NCBI GenBank assembly: GCA_013265495.1
Contig: MU057887.1
Span: 1,127,985-1,191,984, forward strand
DNA: 64,000 bases
Direction: 5' to 3'
Source: Vicugna vicugna
Lineage: Eukaryota
Below are positions 23,001-33,882 of this stretch, piece by piece. The position numbers and the translations under genes were made by a program. The notes beneath the pieces are model-generated. The model searched no databases. It was not told the DNA's origin and saw nothing but the letters and a program-made list of their open reading frames with translations. Position 1 is the first letter of the stretch; every line of letters begins with the position of its first letter.

Positions 23001-26000
23001 CATGCCACTGGCGCCTTCTAAAGGGTTCCAGCGTTGATTGCCTTGGTGTATTGTGTAGATTTCAGCTTCCCTCCTGCTCCAACCGACTCACTCCCCTGCA
23101 CGCCTCAGGCTTCCAGGCAGAGGGTACGCTCATCCCCGGGGCCTGGCCGCACTCCAAGGGTACCCGACGGCATGTGAGCTGGGGCCCCGAGTGGGTGTAA
23201 CGCCTGTCCACACTCTGCTCCTGCATTTTATCAAAGATCAAAATCAGGCCCTCACGGAGGATTTGACACTTCAGGCTGCAAGTCTCAACACAAGCCGAAG
23301 TGTTGCCGTGAAAATAAATATCGTAAGTCGACCTGGAGGAGGGAGCTGGGCACGCAGGCTGGGAACACGTCAGGAGGCCTTCGCAATGGGCTGTGTTTTT
23401 CAGTAAACACTGCTCGCCTGGGCCAGCGTGGCCTGGACTTCGGGCTCACAAACCAACATTTTACACAAGTTCGGGGACAGATCCGGGGTGCCAAGTCAGA
23501 ACACACCGTCCCTATCAACACCTCATCTGAGACATTTTTAATAAGAAAAGGCATTTCCAAGAACAACCAAAAAGTGTAAAGGACACACTCGGGGAGAAAA
23601 AAGGATATTTCTTTAAATCGACTAGATGCAGCCCTGCAGAAAACACTCTGCAAAGTTCTTTTGCGGCTTTTGCCACAGACCAGGAACACTCTGTCAAATG
23701 TGGCCTGTCCCTTTAGGAGACCGAGGTCCACAGTCCGCTTCCTCATATGAGTGAAATCTAAGGCCTGGAGATGCTGGCAGAACGCGCTGGCAGTTCCCTC
23801 GCACTGATGTCTCAGAGGCTGGGGGTCCGCAGGCTGCGCGGGCTTGACTGGCTGGCGGGCTTTTCTGTAAAAGGCAGAGACTGGCCTAGATCTGAGGATC
23901 GAGCTGGGGAGCAAGTAACAGACACTCACCTGGTGTCCGAGAGGTTCGAGGCCTCCATCACATCAGCTACACTGAGCAACGAGGCAGGCAGGGGAGCGGG
24001 GCTGGAATGACAGGCCTGAACTCGACAAGAGCCCTGGGTTGGGGGGGGTGGCAACACAGGGAAGAAGGCGGCTTTGTGGGTGGGACGGATGCCAGACAGG
24101 CTTTCTGGAGGAGGTGACCCTTGGCAGAGCCCTCAGGCAAGTGGTCACCAAGTCTCAAAGGTGACTCACCTAGCAGGTCTTGTCTCTGCACTTCCTACAC
24201 GATCCTTCCTAATTCTCAACCTGGAGCTCACGGAGGTCAGCGTTGCCACCCCTTTTGGTTGATGAGGAAGTTCAGGTAGGAGGTCAAGTCGTTTGTTCAA
24301 GGTTACAGTGTGAGCGAAAGGCAGAGCAGGGTCATGGATCCAGGTCTGACTCCGAATCCCAGGTTCCGTCCACTAATTTCATGTCCCAGGTAGAGGCAAT
24401 GACACCTATATCACACTCATCATGCATTCGTGGGTCAGCACACCTGTCTCATCTCTGCAGGGCCCCGCCCACAGCAATGCAGTTCACAGCAGGGACCCCT
24501 ACCCGGGGCAGATAATTGTGAACCCCATCTCTAGCAGAGCAGAATGTCCTTTATTGACCAAATTCATCTATACATCAGCTTTACCAAGAGAGTCTCACCT
24601 GCCAGGCCACACAGGCTCTGAAGCTCCAAGGCCACGCTCTGAACTGGACAAAACACATCAACGACCCAGCCCACCTCAGGGAGCTTGAGTCACCCGGGAT
24701 GGAAGAGCACATGCTGACCCTTGGGAGGGAAGGTGTGGGGGGCAGCCCTGCTGTGGGCGGGCTGCCTTGGACTTCTCAAGAATGACAGACACAAGCATTA
24801 GAAACGGAGACCCACGTCAGGTGGAGCCTGTTGCAAAGCCAGTCTGTAACCTTAGGCCAGGGACAGGCTGCTCACCAAAGCGGCCTGGTGTCCAGGAGAG
24901 CGACCGTGGCTGGGCCTGCAGAAGGTTCCAGACCCTGCAGACTTCCAGTAAGTGCACAGTTTGCCCAGCACCACCACCACCTCTGCCTCAGTAATGGCAA
25001 CTGATTCACATGTATCATGTTTTCTTTGTTACTAGTCTGGGGTCTAGCCAAACTCCCCACGGGGCCGTAAGTCACTGCCCACCTCTGCCTGTCTTGTGCC
25101 ATTTGCACTCTCGCCTTGAATGTGGCCTCCTTCTCCTGCCACAGGCTTCTGTGCATGCTGCTGCCGCCCCCCTGGGGTGCCGGGGCCAAGACTGATACTT
25201 AACCGTGTGCTTCTGGGTCTCCCAGAGACTGCCGGGGTATCAGGCCAGGAGAGACCCCATTGCCAACCCATGCGGTTACCTGGGGTTGCTGTGGAGGGTA
25301 GATGGGTTTGGTCTCTGAGAGTCCAGTTCTTGCTCCATCTTGGAGACCTCAGCCAAGGGCTGTTGTTTCCTCGGTTTCCACCTCTGCAAAACTAGGATGA
25401 ACCCAGCTGCTCTGCGGGGCCATGGTGGGTTTAGGGTCCATGCCTAAATGTGGCAAGACTTTGTTACGTGGACCCCTGAGGTCCTGCCGTCGATACTAGG
25501 ATGGCAGCAGTGCACCCTGGGTGGCCTCCGCCGAGGTCCAGCCATGGGCCACGGAGCAGCTCTAGACTTGCTGACAGTAAACTCTCTCAGTCTGTGTCTC
25601 CTGCCCCTGCTGACTTCCACCACCTGACCTGAGGCCAAGCTGCCAGGAGATCAGAGGCCACTGCCCTGGCTGATGATATCCTGGAAGCACACACTCTGTC
25701 CCATTGGGAGGCAGATCAGCAAAGGGCAAACAAGTGACCTGCAGAGGCTTTGGACAGTTCCTGGAAAAGAGCTTATCCAAACTGCAGGGCAAACAGACAG
25801 ATTCCTGTGTAAGGCCTGGACCCCAGACCCATGGGAGATGCTTCACCCCAGCAGGGGTCAGGGCCAGCCTCTGAGCAGATGGCCAACATCACCTGCTTGC
25901 ACATTCAAGGTCTAACCGCTGCCTGGTGTCTAGTGGCAGGAGCCTCATCCTGCTCCCCCTTTCTCCTCCTCTGAATGTCCCAGCTCCCTGATTCTCCTTT

Positions 26001-27309
26001 GGAGACCGAGAGACAGCCCTGGATGCTCTGGTGAGACTGGGCATTTGCGTATATCCAGGAGTGGCTCAGCAGGGCAGCTGTGAGCACCACGGACCCACTT
26101 CCAACCCTGGGCTCTGCACCTTGCCAGTGTGACCTGGTACAGGGCATAGGGGGGCCTCTGTGTCTCAGGGTCCCTATTCCAGTGTGGGCATAATAATAAT
26201 AATTTCTCCAAACACCTTCAAGATTAGAAAACATGAAACAGAACCTGAAACAGCATCAGCACCCAATAAATGGCAGCTATGAACTAAGATACACGGCCCC
26301 CTAAATGCTCCAAGTATCTACCAAGTCTGCAGAGAGAAACTCCGGTGATGCTCAGATGCGTATTCAAGAGAACTAACTTGTCCCCGGAGTTATGAAGTTC
26401 TCAGTCCCTGCGCAGGAGGCTGTCTACCTGCTGTTGTGTTGCCCATGCTCCATCAATGCTGAGGAAGGCAAGGAGGCGGGGGGGGGGGGCGAGAGGAACT
26501 TTCAGGAGCTGGGGGCGGGGAGGGGTTTGTCCTTTGGGAAGTTTCCCCTCTGCTGGGCGTGACAGCTTTCTCATGGCCAAGAGAAGTCTGCTCAAGGTAA
26601 ACAGGAACCCACGGTCCCCTGGGGGCAGCATGTACTAATCTGTTTCATGGATCCTCCCGTGAGAAAAGCCCGGAGCACCCTTCCACTTTCTGCGTGGGGA
26701 GAGGGAGGCAAGGGACTGGCTGAGAGCCTTTGTTCAAAGGTGACAACATTCGTCACATGCAGGAAAAAGTCTTCTCTCCCTAAAACCTTGGAGCCCGAAG
26801 AACATCATTTCTCTATGTCTGCTGGACGTGCACACTACTCGGCTGAACTCTACGCAGTTTCCTTTGTCCTTGTTCAAAACAATTTCTCCCAGATCTTTCC
26901 AACTGCCCAACGGAACTGGGATTATGGTCAACCATCACAGTGCATCTGGGAAAAGAAGTCAACACTCCTGTCTGGACTCTTGGTTCCTGATAGCCTGGGA
27001 TCTGGAGTATGTCAGGAGACGTCTCGGAGCCTGGATGTCCTCATGAGTACATGATCTCAGTATGGGCAGCCTGTGGTCAGCTCCCTGAGCTTCTGTATCC
27101 ATGACACCCAGCACAGTCCGACCCTAGCTGCATGAATAAATAACACTGTTGCCTGCCCGACCTATGAGATATCCAGGATATAATGTACACAGATCACTTT
27201 GTAAACTCTGAAACATAACACAAAAATTGTCTCTTGCTATATATTATGTGCAATGAAAGTTGGGCTTCTCGGTGAATTAGTGGGAAGATTATGTGGGTGT
27301 CTGCAGGTT

Positions 27310-27322
27310 GGGGTGAAGTTCA
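27310..27322 (+). promoter_or_regulatory. DR1-like nuclear-receptor element (HNF4/PPAR-RXR/COUP-TF) upstream of PPARA
   Basis: GGGGTG A AGTTCA about 1.25 kb upstream of exon 1. It resembles the HNF4 element recalled from the human PPARA promoter. Confidence 0.45.
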
Positions 27323-27539
27323 CCACAGGTATGGAACCAATCAACAGGGTGAGTTTAAGACCTCTGTGCAAGGCCAGGTACTGCCAGGTCTCCAGTGTCT
27401 CTGTGTAATGCGGGGATTTGTTTGGTGCTGCATTTCCTGCCCTGAGTAGGTCCTCCTGGGCGCTCGCTGCTACAAATAGAACAGTGGCAGGAGCAGCGGG
27501 AGGGCAAGGAGCAGGGTTGGCATAGCACACATTTCGTTC

Positions 27540-29660
27540 CCAAAGGAGGGGCGTCCTGATGCGCTGGCACCGGGGGCTTTGCATTCCGCGCGGGGAGCTC
27601 GGGCGTCACCGCGCAAACAAAGCCGCTTTGCAGCTTTTCCTTTTGCTCCTCGCCATTGGCTGCCGGGCCGCGACCTCCCCCCTGCGCTGGCAGAAGCCCA
27701 GCGCCTTAGCTGGGCGCAAAGTCAGTCCCTCACCCTCGACGCACGGGGGGAGGGGCACGGCTCTCCACAGCAGGGGGTGGGGCGGGGGGCGGTTGGTCGC
27801 AGTTGGCCGCGACTCGCGGCACCCGGCCTGGTTGCCCTTCACCCTTCTGTGTCCCTCGCCCGCCTCACCCGCCCTGGCAACTCCGCCACCTGTTGACGCG
27901 TCCATGTCCTCCCAGTTTGCGTTCCCATTCCCCTTTTGCATCCTGGGGTCCCCGGGACAAGGTCCTTCCCCTCTCGCCCCGCCCTCTGCGCTACCCCGAG
28001 ACTCGAGGTCACCCGCGCCTCTGCCCCGGGTCTAGACCAGTTCATTGCCCAGACCCGCAAAGCCCAGAGGAGGAGGGGCCTGGGCGCCGGGCGGGAACCT
28101 CCACCCGTCCCGCAGGCGCGGGGCCGAACATGCGCCGACGCCCAGCCGCACGCGGTGTGCCATCGCGGCTCTGTGCCCACCCGCCCGGTGACCTGGCAGT
28201 CCCTCCGCCTCCCCCGCCTCAGTTTCCCCACTGGTGCAGTGCCTGCGGGGAAGGAGGTGGGAGCCGCTGAGAGGGGCCCCACCCCGCCCCGCGGGCATCC
28301 AATCGGGCGCCGCCACCCGGGGGGTGTGTCCCACGCGGGGCGGGCCCGGGGGCGGGGCTTCCTGGCCGGCCACCCGCGCGAGCGGCCGCAGCTACCCGGC
28401 CCGAGCGGGGGCAAAGGGGCGGCGCGTGCCGCTGGGGCGCGGCTGGCACGGACGCGGGGAGGCGGCGCCGGGCATGGGCTGGGGACGCGGCGGCCCCACG
28501 GCGGGGGCAGCGGGCGGCGGGGGCGGAGGCGGCCGCTAGCGCCCAGCCCGGCGCCGCCTCCCTCCGCGAGCTCGCCCGGCGGACAGGCAGGCAGCGGACT
28601 GCGGCTCCAGGTGCCAGGGGGCGGGCGGGCGCACTCAGGGGTCTGCGGCCGGGACTTCCCCCGTCGCGCGACCCAGAGCGGCGGCGGACGGGGAGGGGCC
28701 CGGCGGCGCATGCGCGGGGCCCAGGGGCGCGGGGCGAGGGCACTTGCGACCGGCTCTTGAGGGGGATCCCGGGGCCCAGGGGGCCGCCCCTTGCTCGGCC
28801 TCCCTCCGAGCGTCCAGGGCCTGCCCGGAGCTCCGGCTTACGCAGCTGTCGGTGGGGCTGGGGGCTGGGGGCTGGGCAGAGGTGGAGGCCAGGGACCTCA
28901 GAGACATTGGGGTCCTCAGGTTGTCGCCCGGAGAGAAGGCCCACCAGGCGGGGGCATCGGGCGCACCTTTCCTTCAGCGTGGTCGAGTTTGGGCGTCGGC
29001 GACGGGGGGGCGTTTCCCGAGACCTACAGGGATCCCCTAGGCGAGGTGGCCGGAGGCCCCGACAGACCGACCCTCCGGGCCGTGCGCGGGGCGGTTAGGA
29101 TCCGACGGGAGAGACTCACACGCGGGTTAGTTCACCTCTGAGGAACTTCCCCACTTTGCGCCTGAGCGCAGTCGGGCGACCCAGACGGGCCGGGCCGGGC
29201 CGGGTGAGCCCAGGGCAGTCTCCGCCACGGGACTTCCTTCCAAGCCCGGGGCCCTCGCGTCCGGCGCGGGGCGTCGGCGCCCAGGTCTCCCCGAGTCCCC
29301 GGCTGCGCAGCTTGGTGCTGGCGGAAGTCCGGAGGGTCGGTTCTGCCGCACGCCCTCCCCAGACTAACAGGGAACAACTGCACGGCCGTGCTTCCCTCGC
29401 CTGTCTCAGTTTAAAGGCTGGACCCCGTGCCCCAAATGTCAAGGTTCTTTCTAAGAAAAGTCCGCAGTTGTATAACGTGTTGGAGTTCGTGGGGCGCTCC
29501 GGAACGTTCGGGGCTGCTTGCCCACCCCAGTGCCAACCACCTCTCCGCGAACCAGCGAGCCCCCTCTCCCAGGGCTGCTTGGGAAGCGGTGCGGGCCGGG
29601 CCCGGAGGGGAGCGGGGGTGCAGGGTCTCCTGGGGACGACCCTACCACACTATGGCCGTT
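27540..29660 (+). promoter_or_regulatory. PPARA: PPARA CpG-island promoter (TATA-less)
   Basis: About 2.1 kb of very GC- and CpG-rich DNA containing exon 1. Several GC boxes, CCAAT 28299-28303, NF-kB-like GGGACTTCCC 28651-28660, NRF1 palindrome GCGCATGCGC 28706-28715 and half-site TCGAGGTCA 28003-28011. Confidence 0.9.
28551..28610 (+). other. PPARA: PPARA non-coding exon 1 (start approximate)
   Basis: GCGCCGCCTCC...GGACAGGCAGGCAGCGGACTGCGGCTCCAG|GT aligns with the 5' end of human PPARA mRNA as recalled. Donor GT at 28611. Confidence 0.8.
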
Positions 29661-29766
29661 GAAAAAGCAGGGTCAGGGTGACTTTCCTCTTCCAAGGTGG
29701 TGGAGAGCTGGGGAGAATCCAGAGGACATATCGTAATCATTTCCTCCTTTACCTTCTTACTGCCAG

Positions 29767-29849
29767 GGCTGCAGTGAAAGGCCCTGCCTCCTCTGTGAAG
29801 TAACAGTTCGTGGCAAGACAAGCCCAGAACCAAGACGCTGTCATCACAG
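29767..29849 (+). other. PPARA: PPARA non-coding exon 2 (83 nt)
   Basis: Polypyrimidine acceptor TTCCTCCTTTACCTTCTTACTGCCAG, body ...AACAGTTCGTGGCAAGACAAGCCCAGAACCAAGACGCTGTCATCACAG matching the human/mouse PPARA 5'UTR, and donor CAG|GTAAAT. Confidence 0.92.
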
Positions 29850-32454
29850 GTAAATGGAAGGTTCGATTTACTCATTTTTCCAGACTGCAGTGTTTAAGTG
29901 CTGCTTCCATTGCCCTGCAGACTAGCACTGGGGGTTAATTATTACTTTGTGATGCAATGTTAGGTATATTTTCACTTCTTCGAAAGTCAGATAAATTGAG
30001 GATAGATGCTCTTTTAAGTTCTGAAAACTTTATGGTGTCAATGTCACCGGGCACTTCTTTCTGGCAGGCTGGTTCCATGTGATTTAAAACCAGTTAATAT
30101 AACTGTGAGAAATGTTTTTATTTAACAGACACTTAAGTTACAGACACTTGAGAAGTGAAGAGCCATCACTTAGCTGTTTTAATTCCAATTTGAATAGCAA
30201 GCAAGTGGCCTTCTGAGCTAGCAGATCTGGTCTAGAACTGCCCTCAGCCAGGACAGTGGAACCCTGGAGAAGCGAGTGGGTGGTCCGGTTGCGCGGTCAC
30301 TGTGTGAAGGGCCAGGCAGTGAGCTTGACAAAATTCTCTACAACTTTGAAGCAACAGCAAATTAATTGACGATAGAAAAAAATTATTTCCCTCTTTTCAC
30401 GTCTTAAGACATAAAAATAACTCCGTAATCATAAAATAGTTCTTTTTACTAGCTCATGTTTGTCCAACTTGTAAAACATTTTTAAACGTAGTATGTGTAT
30501 GTGGGAGAGAGAATGGGAGGGATGGAGGGAAAAAACGTGTTTCTTCTATATAAACTATTGTGTGATCTGCTTATTAACTGTTAGGTTATGAAAAACCTTT
30601 CCATGTGAATAAATGTGTTTGTGTCTTATCATTTTAAATGTCCATATGATATTTCATTGTGTTTAGATACAGTGATTATTAGGCCAGTCCATATATATAT
30701 ATATATTTAAAAACTCATTTATTCTAGAACTATTTACTGACTGGCTGCTGTGGGCTGTTGTGCTCAGAATCGAGCCAGGCAACAACCACAGATCTGCTCA
30801 TGAAGATAATGTTTACCAGAATCTAAAAGAAGATGAACCTGGAGTGCAGAAAGGGAAATATTTTTGCCATGACACCTTGTTGTGTAGTGGTTGGTAGCCA
30901 GTGGGTTTTTTTCTTGCATGTTGTCTGTGAACATCTGTGTTTTTATAATAAGGATTCTTTAAGTAATAGCTTTAAAAAAACTTTTATTAAAATGTTTCTT
31001 TGCTTACTGTGAACAGATTTTAAACATGCCAAGTTCTGTTTCCTCTCTCAGTCTGTGTGTGATGTACTCTTCATGGCAAATAGAATGAGTGTCTTAATTT
31101 CCAAGTGACCAGAGGTTTTGGTGAACGATTGTAATAGTTTTTTGCATTGCAGTTAGAGGATGCAGTTAGAGGCCTGCATAATTTCTGCTGCTTTTGGGAT
31201 TTGAGGGCCCCTGTTTTTATTTCTGTCCTTGGCAGCTTGGTTTAGAGTCACAGACTCTATATGTTTCATAGACATTTCAAATAATGATATAGTTTCTGTC
31301 TGTAGGACAGACATTTGCTGGATCTTTTATTTCTACCTTATTCATTACATAGAACAAGCTAGCTCTCCTCTAAGGCCATGTGGTTAGGGTAAATCGGGCA
31401 AGGAATTTTAATTTCCAACTTGGTGTTAGGAAGAGCCCTAGGTGTCCCAGAGGACTGTATTCAAGAGAACTCGTTTATTCTCCCAAGTACTTCCTTCACT
31501 TGCCTGTAGCGACCTGTCCTGTGGGTAACAGACATAACCTCGTTTGATCTGCTCGGTGTTTGGAGTCGTGCTCCTTCTTTTCTTCTAGAGCACTTAATTA
31601 GCATCTTGTGGAAGAGTGTACGCACATTAAAAGGTGAAAAATTTGCTCCCCACGAGTCAGACCTATTATAGTTATTTCAGTGGTTGAGCTGCATTTGTTT
31701 TGAGGTCAGCATACAGTACAAGAAAGAGGATTGGAGTGTTTTGCTTTCCATCAGGGAAGCAGCTTGACATAGTGGAAAAGGCACTGGGTCTTCATGAGAT
31801 TTGATTCTCATCCCTTCGAGGCCACCTGCCAGACTTGGCCATCTTTGTCCACCTCTCTAAAGGCTGTTTTCTCTTGCATAACGGAGTTCCTCTCCGATCC
31901 ACCTCTCTGAAGGATTGGGAGGCTCAAAAGTGGTGGCTTACATGAAGATTCTTTGTAAAATGTAAAAAACCGTCGTCAGCGCAGGCAGTGTCACACTGTA
32001 CTGCCTGCTCTCCCTGAGCTGGCTCTGGTACCTGAACTCTGTTTGCTCTGACCGTTTTGTGAGTTTCCAAAGGCTTTCGGAAAGAAACGCATCCCCTCGA
32101 CCCTGCGTATATATACTTTTTTTTTTCATTTTTGAGTAGGTAAACCGTAGTCCTACCCTAGTAAGAGTAAAACTGTCATGAGTGGTTCGTGTTTTCTCTG
32201 ACTGTGGCTACGCCCTCAAGGTTTGATGGTGATGTATTTAGCATCGGTCCTCACTCCGGTACACCTAGACCGTGAAAACAGTTGTTCCTCATCCTTGGAG
32301 GGTCTGTGGAAACGCAGGCTGGATGAGATCTTCCCCAGCTAGGGCTGCTCCTCGGTGCTACCCACGTCTCTTTCCCATGGAGTCGACCTTGATAAGAGCA
32401 GAGTAAGTCTTACTCATCTCTGCCTTGCTGGTCCTGTATACCCAGGAGTGGCTT

Positions 32455-32794
32455 ACTCCATCCCCCACATCTGCAGGTTCTGTATCCACCAGTTCAACCG
32501 ACCGAAAATATGCAGGGGGAGCAATATTCCAGAAAGTTCCAAAAAGCAAAACTTGAATTTGCCGCACACCAATAATTGCTTACATAGCATTTACACTGTA
32601 TTTACAACTATTGACATAGCCTGTATGTTAGGTATTACAAGTAATCTAGAGACGATTAAAATATACAAAGGGTGCACGTGGGTTATATGCAGATACCACA
32701 CCATTTTATATAAGGGATGTGAGCACCTGCAGATTTTGGTACCCGAGGGCAGGGGTCCTGGAACCCATCCCGTGAGGATGCCGAGGGATGACTG
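32455..32794. mobile_element. Tigger-family MITE (MER2/Tigger3-like)
   Basis: TTCCAGAAAGTTCCAAAAAGCAAAACTTGAATTTGCC, TAGGTATTACAAGTAATCTAGAGA and terminal GGATGCCGAGGGATGACTG. Confidence 0.85.
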
Positions 32795-33771
32795 TTCATT
32801 GACCAGATAAGGGGTTAATAGAATTTAATTCAACAAGTGCTAATTGATGTTTTCTACAGCCCTCAGATGGGGGTGGGAGCTGGCTAGGGGAGGACTAGCA
32901 GCACAGCAGGGGGCCTCCCAACGCAAGAGGATTTTCCTCAGGCATTTTGCAGCTTCCCTTGAATCTGCCGCAGCGAGAGCCTGTCCTTCTGTCACCACTA
33001 GGCAAGCGTGGCTCCCAGCGCAGAGGTGTTATAAAGGTTGCGGCTCAAATTATTCTATTCAGAATCATCACTAGAGTTGGGGGGTATTAAGCATTAAATA
33101 GACTGTGTCTGAGACGGCTAGAGAATCTGATAGAGAAGAATGCCCTTTTCCTGCAAGATCGTGGATTCCAATTCCAAGTAACTGACTCAGTGGGGGAAGG
33201 GGAGCAGTGTTTGTCTTAGCAGGGCAAGGGTCCCGCTGGCCCTCTTAACAGCGGCGATAAAGGCACACGCAGGAGAAACTGGAGGAAGCACTGATTTAAC
33301 GTCTCCTGTGTTCCGGGAGGCAGCACTCATCTGACTGCTTTTATTTGTCTCTGCTTAAGGAGATCTGCAAATAAAGAGACCTGTGGTTTCTGTTCTGATC
33401 TGCTTGCTTCTACGCTTTTAAGTCAAGAGACCACATATAAACCTTTGAAAAAGTAGTACCTTGAATAGTGAGAGCTGGGGAAGCAAATACAGTGACTGAT
33501 GGTCTCAAAGTTTATGAAGCTTCGTAGGGAAGGTTGGGTTTGCTAATGTAGTTAAGTAAACAGTATGTTGTGGTTCCCCCCCCATTTTAGAGTGAGTGAG
33601 GCACCAAGTTCCTTGCAGCCATTTGTAACTGAATAAGTCTGTGGTTATGTGATAACCACACTGAGGTGACAAATTGCCAAGCTCTAGTAAAAGAGACCCG
33701 GTTACTTAGAGGTTGACATGTGTATATATATGCCTCTTTCTGAAATAGGCTAAGAAGGTGTCACATGCCCG

Positions 33772-33882
33772 TTTATTTATTTGTTTTTACAAGACTTTTT
33801 TTTTTAATGGAGGTACTAGGGATTGAACCCAGGACCTCAGGCATGCTAAGCTTTCCCTCTACCACTCAGCACGTCCTCTCCC
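33772..33882 (-). mobile_element. vic-1-type SINE
   Basis: Reverse complement of the tRNA-Ala-like head (GGAGGTACTAGGGATTGAACCCAGGACCTCAGGCATGCTAAGC) with a T-rich tail. Confidence 0.9.

Noticed and set aside
27559..29736. Many overlapping ORFs on both strands
   Set aside because: Expected in a CpG island. The region is the PPARA promoter and 5'UTR.
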